Of a DNA stretch of 64,000 nt, positions 1 through 10,184 are shown one piece after another (position 1 is the first letter of the stretch; every line of letters starts with the position of its first letter). Origin of the DNA: Escherichia coli. Lineage in GTDB: Bacteria; Pseudomonadota; Gammaproteobacteria; Enterobacterales; Enterobacteriaceae. A program made the position numbers and the translations under genes. Below the pieces are notes generated by a model. The model ran no database searches. It saw only the letters and a program-made list of their open reading frames with translations, and was not told where the DNA came from. The DNA lies in the NCBI RefSeq assembly GCF_003334405.1, contig NZ_QOWM01000001.1; one strand, given 5' to 3'.

Positions 1-359
1 ATAAAACCGTTTTCTTTCAGGCGAGAGTAGATAAGTTCTGACAACTGGCGGTTCTCTTCGCTGTGCGTCGAGTGATAGTTGTCATAGCTGATGTTAAAGC
101 CTGCGAAATCAGTCTGATGCTCCTGACTCATTTCGCCAATCATCTGCTCCGGGGTGATACCAAGCTGCTGAGCTTTCAGCATGATCGGTGTACCGTGGGC
201 ATCGTCGGCGCAGATGAAGTTGACCTCGTGGCCGCGCATTCGCTGGTAACGGACCCAGACATCAGCCTGGATGTGCTCCAGCATATGGCCGAGGTGGATT
301 GAGCCGTTAGCGTACGGCAGTGCGCACGTCACCAGAATTTTCTTCGCGACTTGAGTCAT
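1..359 (-). CDS. metG: methionyl-tRNA synthetase, N-terminal part (gene continues past window start)
   Basis: Reverse complement from 359 reads ATGACTCAA... = [29 protein letters not shown]..., with the class I aaRS HIGH-type motif (SIHLGH); the + strand ORF 63..302 is its antisense artefact. Confidence 0.93.
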
Positions 360-490
360 AGTAGGCATTACTTCTTAATAGTGAAAAGGGGTTAGATAGT
401 ACCAAATGGGAAAATGTTAAGTAAGTACTTCTCTATATTCTTCAGGTAAACTATCAGCTGATGGTTTATCTATACAAAAAAGGAGTCGGG

Positions 491-1600
491 ATGAACGAAC
501 AATCCCAGGCCAAATCACCAGAAGCCTTGCGCGCAATGGTCGCCGGGACACTGGCCAATTTTCAGCACCCAACCCTGAAGCATAACCTCACCACGCTGAA
601 AGCGTTGCACCATGTCGCCTGGATGGACGACACGTTGCATGTGGAACTGGTTATGCCATTCGTCTGGCATAGCGCGTTTGAAGAGTTAAAAGAGCAATGT
701 AGCGCCGAACTGCTGCGTATCACCGGGGCGAAAGCTATCGACTGGAAACTGTCGCACAATATCGCCACCTTAAAACGCGTGAAGAATCAGCCGGGTATTA
801 ATGGCGTGAAGAACATCATTGCGGTCAGTTCCGGTAAAGGCGGCGTGGGTAAATCCTCCACGGCGGTAAACCTGGCGCTGGCACTGGCGGCGGAAGGGGC
901 GAAAGTCGGCATTCTGGACGCCGATATCTACGGCCCATCAATTCCCACCATGCTGGGCGCAGAAAATCAGCGTCCAACTTCGCCGGACGGTACCCATATG
1001 GCACCGATTATGTCTCATGGCCTGGCAACCAATTCAATTGGTTATCTGGTCACTGACGACAATGCGATGGTGTGGCGTGGACCGATGGCGAGCAAGGCGT
1101 TAATGCAGATGCTGCAGGAAACCTTGTGGCCGGATCTCGACTATCTGGTGCTTGATATGCCGCCAGGCACCGGTGACATTCAATTGACGCTGGCGCAAAA
1201 CATTCCAGTAACTGGTGCAGTCGTGGTCACCACCCCGCAGGACATCGCGTTGATCGATGCGAAAAAAGGCATTGTGATGTTCGAGAAAGTCGAGGTTCCG
1301 GTGCTCGGTATTGTCGAGAACATGAGTGTGCATATTTGCAGTAACTGTGGTCACCATGAACCGATTTTCGGTACCGGTGGTGCAGAGAAACTGGCTGAAA
1401 AATACCATACACAGCTGCTGGGGCAGATGCCGTTACACATCTCCTTACGTGAGGATCTCGATAAAGGCACGCCAACGGTTATCAGCCGTCCGGAGAGCGA
1501 ATTTACCGCTATCTACCGCCAGCTGGCTGACCGCGTTGCAGCTCAGCTCTACTGGCAGGGTGAAGTCATTCCAGGCGAGATTTCCTTCCGCGCGGTCTAA
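491..1600 (+). CDS. apbC: Fe-S cluster carrier P-loop ATPase Mrp/ApbC
   Basis: ORF 461..1600; likely start at internal Met (MNEQSQAKSPE...); Walker A SGKGGVGKSS, C-terminal CSNCGHH cysteine motif. Confidence 0.93.
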   Translation: MNEQSQAKSPEALRAMVAGTLANFQHPTLKHNLTTLKALHHVAWMDDTLHVELVMPFVWHSAFEELKEQCSAELLRITGAKAIDWKLSHNIATLKRVKNQPGINGVKNIIAVSSGKGGVGKSSTAVNLALALAAEGAKVGILDADIYGPSIPTMLGAENQRPTSPDGTHMAPIMSHGLATNSIGYLVTDDNAMVWRGPMASKALMQMLQETLWPDLDYLVLDMPPGTGDIQLTLAQNIPVTGAVVVTTPQDIALIDAKKGIVMFEKVEVPVLGIVENMSVHICSNCGHHEPIFGTGGAEKLAEKYHTQLLGQMPLHISLREDLDKGTPTVISRPESEFTAIYRQLADRVAAQLYWQGEVIPGEISFRAV

Positions 1601-1630
1601 CGCCTATTAACCATTCTGGTTATTCTTCAT

Positions 1631-1671
1631 ACACCGCAGAGATGTTATATTGATGCGGTGTATTTGTTTTT
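1631..1671 (+). terminator. Rho-independent terminator after apbC
   Basis: Inverted repeat acaccgca...tgcggtgt followed by a T-rich run (atttgttttt), 30 bp after the apbC stop. Confidence 0.6.
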
Positions 1672-1862
1672 GCCGCATTAATGAACACTTATTTAATACT
1701 GCGAATATTCTGCGGACCTTCGTCCGAAACTCTACAAAGTCGATTGATCGTACAGGCAATGCTTCATTATCATCCTTCGTGGCTGTGTAGTGGATGTACA
1801 GCTATAGTTTGTTATGCACTCATTCTATCCAGGCATAACCTTTACTACAGGGATAACGTTCA

Positions 1863-2144
1863 ATGAATAAGTATTGGCTGTCAGGAATTATTTTTCTTGC
1901 CTATGGATTGGCTTCTCCCGCGTTCTCTTCAGAGACTGCAACATTAACCATCAATGGCAGAATTAGTTCCCCTACATGCAGTATGGATGTTGTTAATAAT
2001 CATCTTCAGCAACGTTGTGGGCAGTTGTTACAACGAGTTGAAACCAACTATCGTGCTTCTTCTACTGCAAAAGGCGTTACGACAGAAGTGGTAACTGTGG
2101 GTAATAACGACAAACGCAAAATCGTGTTAAATCGCTACGATTAA
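1863..2144 (+). CDS. yehE: small secreted protein YehE, first gene of the yeh fimbrial cluster
   Basis: 93 aa ORF with N-terminal signal-like segment (MNKYWLSGIIFLAYGLASPAFS); position between apbC and yehD matches E. coli synteny. Confidence 0.75.
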   Translation: MNKYWLSGIIFLAYGLASPAFSSETATLTINGRISSPTCSMDVVNNHLQQRCGQLLQRVETNYRASSTAKGVTTEVVTVGNNDKRKIVLNRYD

Positions 2145-2442
2145 TTTGCCAACACCGTTTTAAGCATTAAGCATATTTAAAAAGCCAAAATCATTCCTAT
2201 GAATGATTTTGGCTTTTTTATTCACCTAATGAATGTTATTTACGGTAATTTACGGTAATTAATCAGTTTCAAAAATGTTTGTTATAGCGAATTATTTGTT
2301 GTATTTATATCGCATTAGTTAATTTGTTTTAAATCAACAAAACAATATGTTTACATTGCGGCAACTTTTTTGATGTGAGAAATTTGTTTCCAAGAGATAC
2401 AGACTCTTAACAAAACAAAATAAACTTATTAAGGAATGCATC

Positions 2443-2985
2443 ATGAAACATTCAATTATTGCTGTCGCTGTCTTATCTTCTGTATTTATGAGTGCTGGTA
2501 TTTTCGCTGCTGAAGTAGATACCGGAACTTTAACCATTAAAGGTAATATTGCTGAATCACCATGTACATTTGTCGCTGGCGGTGATTCAGTCAGTATTAA
2601 TATGCCGACTGTACCCACCACTGTATTTGATGGTAAAGCGAAATATTCAACTTATGATGGCGCGGTTGGTGTAACCAGCAGTATGCTGAAAATTACTTGT
2701 CCGAAGACTATTGATGGCGTAAAACTTTCGTTGATCACCAACGAGAAAATTCTTGGTAATGATAAGGCAATATCCAGTAGTAATGACACAGTTGGATACT
2801 ATCTCTATTTGGGAGATAGCAGTGACGTACTGGATATTTCCGCACCATTTAATATTGAAAGTTATAAAACTGCTGATGGACAATATGCAATACCGTTTAA
2901 GGCAAAATATCTGAAGTTGACTGACAGTGGTGTTGCATCTGGTACTGTTAACTCTTCATTGGTTATGCGTGTTGCCCAGGATTAA
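2443..2985 (+). CDS. yehD: fimbrial major subunit (chaperone-usher pathway)
   Basis: 180 aa, signal peptide, conserved Cys pair, pilin-like C-terminal beta-strand region; AAGGA RBS upstream. Confidence 0.88.
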   Translation: MKHSIIAVAVLSSVFMSAGIFAAEVDTGTLTIKGNIAESPCTFVAGGDSVSINMPTVPTTVFDGKAKYSTYDGAVGVTSSMLKITCPKTIDGVKLSLITNEKILGNDKAISSSNDTVGYYLYLGDSSDVLDISAPFNIESYKTADGQYAIPFKAKYLKLTDSGVASGTVNSSLVMRVAQD

Positions 2986-3024
2986 ATATTTAAAATAATC
3001 ATCTTGTTTTTTCAGTAAGTTAAA

Positions 3025-3747
3025 ATGGCCGCCATATTCATGGCGGCCAGCATAAATATAAGAGGCATTAAGATGAAAGGGTTATTATCTTTACTCATCT
3101 CTTCTATGATATTCCCCGTGCATGCCGGAATGGTTATTTTCGGGACCCGTATCATTTACCCGGCAGAGCAGAAAGAGGTCATGGTACAACTGATGAATCA
3201 GGGAAACCGCTCTTCGCTGATGCAGGCGTGGATTGATGATGGCGACACGTCTCTGCCGCCAGAAAAGATTCAGGTTCCTTTCATGTTAACGCCACCAGTA
3301 GTGAAAGTAGCGGCCAATTCTGGGCAACAAATAAAAATTAAAATCATGCCTAATAAATTACCCAGTAATAAGGAAAGTATTTTTTATCTTAATGTTCTGG
3401 ATATTCCACCGAATAGTCCAGAACAAGAAGGTAAGAATGCACTGAAGTTTGCGATGCAAAACAGAATCAAATTGTTTTACCGGCCGGCGGGTATTGCTCC
3501 GGTGAATAAAGCGACCTTTAAAAAGTTACTGATAAATCGCAGTGGCAATGGATTGGTGATAAAAAATGACTCAGCTAATTGGGTGACGATTTCGGATGTC
3601 AAAGCTAATAATGTCAAAGTCAATTATGAAACTATTATGATTGCCCCCTTAGAAAGTCAGAGTGTTAATGTCAAAAGTAATAATGCAAACAACTGGTATC
3701 TGACCATTATCGATGACCACGGCAACTATATTAGTGACAAAATTTAA
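3025..3747 (+). CDS. yehC: periplasmic fimbrial chaperone (PapD-like)
   Basis: ORF 3025..3747; alternative start at 3073 (MKGLLSLLISSMIFPVHA signal peptide); chaperone-type sequence including the LFYRPAG segment. Confidence 0.85.
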   Translation: MAAIFMAASINIRGIKMKGLLSLLISSMIFPVHAGMVIFGTRIIYPAEQKEVMVQLMNQGNRSSLMQAWIDDGDTSLPPEKIQVPFMLTPPVVKVAANSGQQIKIKIMPNKLPSNKESIFYLNVLDIPPNSPEQEGKNALKFAMQNRIKLFYRPAGIAPVNKATFKKLLINRSGNGLVIKNDSANWVTISDVKANNVKVNYETIMIAPLESQSVNVKSNNANNWYLTIIDDHGNYISDKI

Positions 3748-3762
3748 TTGCAGGAGCTGTCT

Positions 3763-6243
3763 ATGTTGAGAATGACCCCACTTGCATCAGCAATCGTAGC
3801 GTTATTGCTCGGCATTGAAGCTTATGCAGCTGAAGAAACCTTTGATACCCATTTTATGATAGGTGGAATGAAAGACCAGCAGGTTGCAAATATTCGTCTT
3901 GATGATAATCAACCCTTGCCGGGGCAGTATGACATCGATATTTATGTCAATAAGCAATGGCGCGGGAAATATGAGATCATTGTTAAAGACAACCCGCAAG
4001 AAACATGTTTATCAAGAGAAGTTATCAAGCGGTTAGGCATTAATAGCGATAACTTCGCCAGTGGTAAGCAATGTTTAACATTTGAGCAACTTGTTCAGGG
4101 TGGGAGCTATAGCTGGGATATCGGGGTTTTTCGTCTCGATTTCAGTGTCCCGCAGGCTTGGGTGGAAGAACTGGAAAGTGGCTATGTTCCACCGGAAAAC
4201 TGGGAGCGGGGTATTAATGCGTTTTATACCTCTTATTATGTGAGTCAGTATTACAGCGACTATAAAGCGTCGGGTAATAACAAGAGTACATATGTACGTT
4301 TTAACAGCGGGTTAAATTTACTGGGGTGGCAACTGCATTCTGATGCCAGTTTCAGTAAAACAAATAACAATCCAGGGGTGTGGAAAAGCAATACCCTGTA
4401 TCTGGAACGTGGATTTGCCCAACTTCTCGGCACGCTTCGCGTGGGTGATATGTACACATCAAGCGATATTTTTGATTCTGTTCGCTTCAGCGGTGTGCGG
4501 TTGTTTCGTGATATGCAGATGTTGCCTAACTCGAAACAAAATTTTACGCCACGGGTGCAGGGGATTGCTCAGAGTAACGCGCTGGTAACTATTGAACAGA
4601 ATGGTTTTGTCGTTTATCAGAAAGAGGTTCCTCCTGGCCCGTTTGCGATTACAGATTTGCAGTTGGCCGGTGGTGGAGCAGATCTTGATGTCAGCGTGAA
4701 AGAGGCGGACGGCTCGGTTACCACCTATCTGGTACCTTATGCAGCGGTGCCAAATATGCTGCAACCCGGCGTATCGAAATATGATTTTGCGGCGGGTCGT
4801 AGCCATATTGAAGGGGCGAGCAAACAAAGTGATTTTGTCCAGGCGGGTTATCAGTATGGTTTTAATAATTTATTGACGCTGTATGGTGGCTCGATGGTCG
4901 CGAATAATTATTACGCGTTCACTTTGGGGACTGGCTGGAATACCCGCATTGGTGCCATTTCCGTCGATGCCACGAAGTCGCATAGTAAACAAGACAACGG
5001 CGATGTGTTTGACGGGCAAAGTTATCAAATTGCCTACAACAAATTTGTGAGCCAAACGTCGACGCGTTTTGGTCTGGCGGCCTGGCGTTATTTGTCGCGT
5101 GATTACCGGACATTTAACGATCACGTTTGGGCAAACAATAAAGATAATTATCGCCGTGATAAAAACGATATCTATGACATTGCCGATTATTACCAGAACG
5201 ATTTTGGCCGTAAAAATAGCTTTTCTGCCAATATGAGCCAGTCATTGCCAGAAGGCTGGGGGTCTGTGTCCTTAAGTACGTTATGGCGAGATTACTGGGG
5301 GCGTAGCGGCAGCAGTAAGGATTATCAGTTGAGTTATTCCAATAACTGGCGGCGGATAAGCTATACCCTCGCGGCAAGCCAGGCGTATGACGAGAATCAT
5401 CATGAAGAGAAACGTTTTAATATTTTTATATCGATTCCCTTTGATTGGGGTGATGACGTTACGACGCCTCGTCGGCAAATATATATGTCTAACTCAACGA
5501 CGTTTGATGATCAGGGGGTTGCCTCAAATAATACGGGATTATCAGGAACCGTTGGAAGCCGGGATCAGTTTAACTATGGGGTCAACCTGAGTTATCAGCA
5601 TCAGGAAAATGAAACGACAGCTGGGGCGAATTTGACCTGGAACGCGCCGGTTGCGACAGTGAATGGCAGTTATAGTCAGTCGAGTACTTATCGACAGGCT
5701 GGAGCCAGTGTTTCAGGGGGCATTGTCGCCTGGTCGGGTGGCGTTAATCTGGCGAACCGTCTTTCCGAAACGTTTGCTGTGATGAATGCGCCAGGAATTA
5801 AAGATGCTTATGTCAATGGGCAAAAATATCGCACAACAAACCGTAATGGAGTGGTGATATACGACGGAATGACACCTTATCGGGAAAATCACCTGATGCT
5901 GGATGTGTCGCAAAGCGATAGCGAAGCAGAATTACGTGGCAACCGGAAAATTGCCGCACCTTATCGCGGCGCGGTTGTACTGGTTAATTTTGATACCGAT
6001 CAGCGCAAGCCCTGGTTTATAAAAGCGTTAAGAGCGGATGGTCAACCATTAATGTTTGGTTATGAAGTCAATGATATCCATGGTCATAATATTGGCGTTG
6101 TCGGCCAGGGAAGCCAGTTATTTATTCGCACCAATGAAGTACCGCCATCGGTTAATGTGGCAATTGATAAGCAACAAGGACTTTCATGCACAATCACCTT
6201 CGGTAAAGAGATTGATGAAAGTAGAAATTATATTTGCCAGTAA
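3763..6243 (+). CDS. yehB: fimbrial outer-membrane usher
   Basis: ORF 3748..6243 (831 aa); start probably MLRMTPLASA... at 3763; size and composition typical of PapC/FimD ushers. Confidence 0.9.
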   Translation: MLRMTPLASAIVALLLGIEAYAAEETFDTHFMIGGMKDQQVANIRLDDNQPLPGQYDIDIYVNKQWRGKYEIIVKDNPQETCLSREVIKRLGINSDNFASGKQCLTFEQLVQGGSYSWDIGVFRLDFSVPQAWVEELESGYVPPENWERGINAFYTSYYVSQYYSDYKASGNNKSTYVRFNSGLNLLGWQLHSDASFSKTNNNPGVWKSNTLYLERGFAQLLGTLRVGDMYTSSDIFDSVRFSGVRLFRDMQMLPNSKQNFTPRVQGIAQSNALVTIEQNGFVVYQKEVPPGPFAITDLQLAGGGADLDVSVKEADGSVTTYLVPYAAVPNMLQPGVSKYDFAAGRSHIEGASKQSDFVQAGYQYGFNNLLTLYGGSMVANNYYAFTLGTGWNTRIGAISVDATKSHSKQDNGDVFDGQSYQIAYNKFVSQTSTRFGLAAWRYLSRDYRTFNDHVWANNKDNYRRDKNDIYDIADYYQNDFGRKNSFSANMSQSLPEGWGSVSLSTLWRDYWGRSGSSKDYQLSYSNNWRRISYTLAASQAYDENHHEEKRFNIFISIPFDWGDDVTTPRRQIYMSNSTTFDDQGVASNNTGLSGTVGSRDQFNYGVNLSYQHQENETTAGANLTWNAPVATVNGSYSQSSTYRQAGASVSGGIVAWSGGVNLANRLSETFAVMNAPGIKDAYVNGQKYRTTNRNGVVIYDGMTPYRENHLMLDVSQSDSEAELRGNRKIAAPYRGAVVLVNFDTDQRKPWFIKALRADGQPLMFGYEVNDIHGHNIGVVGQGSQLFIRTNEVPPSVNVAIDKQQGLSCTITFGKEIDESRNYICQ

Positions 6244-6258
6244 TAGTCAGGTGGTTCT

Positions 6259-7293
6259 ATGGAAATTCGCATAATGCAATTTATATTAATGATGATGGTT
6301 ATGCCTGTGAGCTATGCGGCATGTTATAGTGAGTTATCTGTTCAGCACAACTTGGTTGTTCAGGGGGATTTTGCACTTACTCAAACACAAATGGCGACAT
6401 ATGAGCATACTTTTAATGATTCGTCATGCGTGAGTACAAATACTATCACCCCTATGAGCCCGTCGGATATTATTGTTGGACTTTATAACGATACCATAAA
6501 ATTAAATTTACATTTTGAATGGACCAATAAAAACAACATCACGTTGTCAAATAATCAGACCAGTTTCACCAGTGGTTATTCAGTTACGGTGACACCTGCG
6601 GCCAGTAATGCAAAAGTGAATGTTTCTGCGGGGGGCGGCGGTTCAGTGATGATTAATGGTGTTGCGACATTATCCAGTGCTTCATCATCGACACGCGGGA
6701 GTGCCGCAGTACAATTTCTACTGTGTTTATTAGGTGGCAAGTCATGGGATGCATGTGTAAATAACTACAGAAATGCATTGGCACAAAATGCAGGTGTCTA
6801 TTCCTTTAATCTGACATTGTCATACAACCCGATAACCACAACCTGCAAACCGGACGATTTATTAATTACTTTAGACAGCATTCCCGTTTCACAATTACCA
6901 GCCACAGGTAACAAAGCAACAATAAATAGTAAACAAGGGGATATTATTCTGCGTTGTAAAAGTTTATTAGGTCAACAAAATCAAACATCACGGAAAATGC
7001 AGGTGTATTTATCAAGTTCTGACTTGTTAACCAACAGCAACACAATACTGAAAGGTGCGGAAGATAATGGCGTAGGATTTATTCTTGAAAGTAATGGTTC
7101 GCCAGTCACACTTTTAAATATCACTAACAGCAGTAAAGGATACACAAATTTAAAAGAAATTGCGGCAAAGTCAAAACTTACAGATACAACGGTTTCAATT
7201 CCGATAACAGCCAGTTACTACGTCTACGATACAAACAAAGTTAAATCTGGCGCACTGGAGGCAACCGCATTAATCAACGTGAAATACGACTAA
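6259..7293 (+). CDS. yehA: fimbrial adhesin-like subunit
   Basis: 344 aa, signal peptide, two-domain size typical of tip adhesins; last gene of the operon. Confidence 0.85.
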   Translation: MEIRIMQFILMMMVMPVSYAACYSELSVQHNLVVQGDFALTQTQMATYEHTFNDSSCVSTNTITPMSPSDIIVGLYNDTIKLNLHFEWTNKNNITLSNNQTSFTSGYSVTVTPAASNAKVNVSAGGGGSVMINGVATLSSASSSTRGSAAVQFLLCLLGGKSWDACVNNYRNALAQNAGVYSFNLTLSYNPITTTCKPDDLLITLDSIPVSQLPATGNKATINSKQGDIILRCKSLLGQQNQTSRKMQVYLSSSDLLTNSNTILKGAEDNGVGFILESNGSPVTLLNITNSSKGYTNLKEIAAKSKLTDTTVSIPITASYYVYDTNKVKSGALEATALINVKYD

Positions 7294-7349
7294 TAACAAG
7301 CAAGACGAGCAAGTGGCTAATAATAAAAAATAACAAGGTGTCTGCATTT

Positions 7350-7377
7350 CCCCCTCATGATGAGGGGGCTTTTTTTA
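7350..7377 (+). terminator. Rho-independent terminator after yehA
   Basis: Hairpin ccccctca-tga-tgaggggg followed by seven T; the T-run overlaps the rcnB stop codon on the opposite strand. Confidence 0.75.
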
Positions 7378-7713
7378 GCGATGATAAAAAATCTCACCGT
7401 CGTAGGCTTTAATGATTTTACCGTCGGTGTCGCTGATCAACACGTACGCGCCACCCATATAGGTCCAGTGCGTCCCGGCATCAGGCGCGGGCAGGTTACG
7501 CAACTGCCACTGCTTAATGTTGTACTCATCGGTACGGTACATTTCTGGTACGGTGTCCCCTGGTTTGAAATGCTTAAAGTCAGCAATGAAACTACTTAAC
7601 TCATACTTAGAAATTCCCGAGGTATTGGTCGAACCCGCGGTGGCTGGTGCGGCCCAGGCGGCACTGGTAACCAGCAAAAGCGCACCCAGTAACATCTTAT
7701 TTTTAATGGTCAT
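7375..7713 (-). CDS. rcnB: periplasmic protein RcnB (nickel/cobalt homeostasis)
   Basis: ORF 7375..7938 but product matches RcnB from internal Met (MTIKNKMLLGALLLVTSAAWA..., 112 aa); signal peptide. Confidence 0.88.
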   Translation of the reverse strand: MTIKNKMLLGALLLVTSAAWAAPATAGSTNTSGISKYELSSFIADFKHFKPGDTVPEMYRTDEYNIKQWQLRNLPAPDAGTHWTYMGGAYVLISDTDGKIIKAYDGEIFYHR

Positions 7714-7934
7714 AAACTCTCCACTTTGGGGATCTGTAATATCAGTCGCATATCTTTCCTGCCATACAATATAACTGACAAGCGATATTTTGTTAGTGAT
7801 CCCATGATTTCGTAAAAAGTGTAAATGAAAGGATGCCCTAAAAGCATCCTTAGCGAGCAGAGAGTCAGCGGAAATAGCTGATTTAAGAATCATCCTGGGC
7901 TGAAGATAACATGCAAGCCTAAAGGATTGAGTTA

Positions 7935-8780
7935 TCACATTATGCCCATGAAGCCATGTACGCCCATATACACACCGACTAAGCCAATCAACAGACTGGA
8001 AAAATAGGGGGCGCGTTTAGCGAGAGTGTTAAATCCGCTCCAGCGTTTTGCGACCTGCTGAACGCTGATTGCTGCGCCAACGCCTACGGTGACAAGCGTA
8101 AACGCCAGGCCAATGCTGAAACTGACGACCAGTGTTGCGCCCAGTGTCAGGGCTTTCAACTGAATGCATATCAATAGCACGGTAATTGCTGCCGGGCAGG
8201 GGATAAGGCCACCGGTTAAGCCAAATAACAAAATTTGCCAGTTGGTGACCTCTCTACCATCAAAGCGTCGTTTAATGTCATTGGCATGGGCTCGTGCATG
8301 GGCATCCTGATACTCGCCATGTTCGTGATGGTGATGATGTCCATGGTCGTGGTGATGTTCGTGGTCTTGATGATGTTCGTGATCGTGATGATGGTGATGA
8401 TGCTCATAATCATACTCGTGCATATTCTCCAGCCAGTTGCGTTCGCCGCGCCAGGTACGCCAGAACATCCAGAACGCGGTGCCAATAATGATCACTGCGG
8501 AAATCAGCTGGAGCCACGGTTCTGCTGATTGAGCAGTAAAGCGCTTGCTGATCACCATCCCGCCAAAGGCAATTAACCAGACCACTGCGGTATGCGAAAT
8601 AGTTGCTGCCAGTCCGAGCATCACCGCTTGTTTAATGGTGCCTTTGATGGCGATGATAAACGCCGCCATCATCGTTTTTGAGTGCCCTGGTTCCAGGCCA
8701 TGAAGCGCACCAAGTAAGATGGCGCTGGGGATGAAGAACCAGGCGTTTCCTTGCTGAAGAAGAGTTGTAAATTCGGTCAT
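7935..8780 (-). CDS. rcnA: nickel/cobalt efflux transporter RcnA with His-rich loop
   Basis: 281 aa; MTEFTTLLQQGNAWFFIPSAILLGALHGLEPGHSK...; central loop HEYDYEHHHHHHDHEHHQDHEHHHDHGHHHHHEHGE. Confidence 0.95.
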   Translation of the reverse strand: MTEFTTLLQQGNAWFFIPSAILLGALHGLEPGHSKTMMAAFIIAIKGTIKQAVMLGLAATISHTAVVWLIAFGGMVISKRFTAQSAEPWLQLISAVIIIGTAFWMFWRTWRGERNWLENMHEYDYEHHHHHHDHEHHQDHEHHHDHGHHHHHEHGEYQDAHARAHANDIKRRFDGREVTNWQILLFGLTGGLIPCPAAITVLLICIQLKALTLGATLVVSFSIGLAFTLVTVGVGAAISVQQVAKRWSGFNTLAKRAPYFSSLLIGLVGVYMGVHGFMGIM

Positions 8781-8817
8781 GATAATAATTCTTAGTATTA
8801 ATTCGGCAATCTGATTC

Positions 8818-8852
8818 TACTCCCCCCCAGTACCTGATACTACCCCCCAGTA
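8818..8852. promoter_or_regulatory. tandem RcnR operator sites (TACT-C/G tract-AGTA) in the rcnA/rcnR divergent promoter
   Basis: tactcccccccagta at 8818..8832 and tactaccccccagta at 8838..8852; matches the known RcnR recognition pattern TACT-G6-N-AGTA. Confidence 0.8.
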
Positions 8853-8900
8853 GATTAATAGTGCTATGATTTTTCATATTCTTGTTAACCAGGTGTTGCC

Positions 8901-9173
8901 ATGTCTCATACAATCCGTGATAAACAGAAACTGAAAGCGCGTGCCAGTAAGATTCAGGGCCAGGTCGTGGCGCTCAAGAAAATGCTCGACGAGCCGCACG
9001 AATGCGCTGCAGTTTTACAACAGATTGCTGCTATCCGTGGCGCGGTAAACGGTCTGATGCGGGAAGTGATTAAAGGTCATCTGACGGAACACATCGTTCA
9101 CCAGGGGGATGAGCTAAAACGTGAAGAAGATCTGGATGTCGTTCTGAAGGTGCTGGATTCATATATCAAATAA
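8901..9173 (+). CDS. rcnR: Ni/Co-responsive repressor RcnR (CsoR/RcnR family)
   Basis: 90 aa [22 protein letters not shown]...; divergent from rcnA. Confidence 0.95.
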
Positions 9174-9254
9174 TTTATTAACGCGATTGTAAAACTGCCG
9201 TTTTTCCTCGTTTACAACGGGTGCGCTGGACATTACCATCCTCCTCTGCGATTT

Positions 9255-9395
9255 ATCATCGCAACCAAACGACTCGGGGTGCCCTTCTGCGTGAAGGCTG
9301 AGAAATACCCGTATCACCTGATCTGGATAATGCCAGCGTAGGGAAGTCACGGACCACCAGGTCATTGCTTCTTCACGTTATGGCAGGAGCAAACT
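9255..9395 (+). promoter_or_regulatory. TPP (THI-box) riboswitch in the thiM leader
   Basis: cgactcggggtgcccttctgcgtgaaggctgagaaatacccgtatcacctgatctggataatgccagcgtagggaagtc matches the thiM thiamine-pyrophosphate aptamer; ends at the thiM start codon. Confidence 0.9.
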
Positions 9396-10184
9396 ATGCA
9401 AGTCGACCTGCTGAGTTCCGCGCAATCTGCGCACACGTTACACCTTTTTCACCAACATTCCCCTCTTGTGCATTGCATGACCAACGATGTGGTGCAAACC
9501 TTTACTGCCAATACCTTGCTGGCGATCGGTGCATCGCCAGCGATGGTTATCGAAACCGAAGAGGCCAGTCAGTTTGCGGCTATCGCCAGTGCCTTGTTGA
9601 TTAACGTTGGCACACTGACGCAGCCACGCGCACAGGCGATGCGTGCTGCCGTTGAGCAAGCAAAAAGCTCTCAAACACCCTGGACGCTTGATCCAGTAGC
9701 GGTTGGTGCGCTCGATTATCGCCGCCATTTTTGTCATGAACTTTTATCTTTTAAACCGGCAGCGATACGTGGTAATGCTTCGGAAATCATGGCATTAGCT
9801 GGCGTTGCTAATGGTGGACGGGGAGTGGATACCACTGACGCCGCAGCTAACGCGATACCCGCTGCACAAACACTGGCACGGGAAACTGGCGCAATCGTCG
9901 TGGTCACTGGCGAGGTGGATTATGTTACCGATGGTCGTCGCACCGTTGGCATTCACGGCGGCGATCCGTTAATGGCCAAAGTGGTAGGAACTGGCTGTGC
10001 ATTATCGGCAGTTGTCGCTGCCTGCTGTGCGTTACCAGGCGATATGCTGGAAAATGTCGCATCTGCCTGTCACTGGATGAAACAAGCCGGAGAACGCGCA
10101 GTCGCCAGAAGCGAGGGGCCAGGCAGTTTTGTTCCACATTTCCTTGATGCGCTCTGGCAATTGACGCCGGAGGTGCAGGCATGA
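9396..10184 (+). CDS. thiM: hydroxyethylthiazole kinase
   Basis: 262 aa [33 protein letters not shown]...; follows THI-box. Confidence 0.95.
   Translation: MQVDLLSSAQSAHTLHLFHQHSPLVHCMTNDVVQTFTANTLLAIGASPAMVIETEEASQFAAIASALLINVGTLTQPRAQAMRAAVEQAKSSQTPWTLDPVAVGALDYRRHFCHELLSFKPAAIRGNASEIMALAGVANGGRGVDTTDAAANAIPAAQTLARETGAIVVVTGEVDYVTDGRRTVGIHGGDPLMAKVVGTGCALSAVVAACCALPGDMLENVASACHWMKQAGERAVARSEGPGSFVPHFLDALWQLTPEVQA

Noticed and set aside
63-302. 79 aa ORF on the + strand at the window start
   Set aside because: Lies antisense inside the well-supported metG N-terminus (minus strand, HIGH-motif protein); no independent start context.
1681-1866. 61 aa ORF between apbC and yehE
   Set aside because: No convincing ribosome-binding site, runs into the yehE start, and lies in an AT-rich promoter region; most likely non-coding.
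8235-8528. 97 aa and 64 aa ORFs (8235..8528, 8294..8488) on the + strand
   Set aside because: Antisense to the His-rich repeat of rcnA; the low-complexity repeat creates open frames on both strands.
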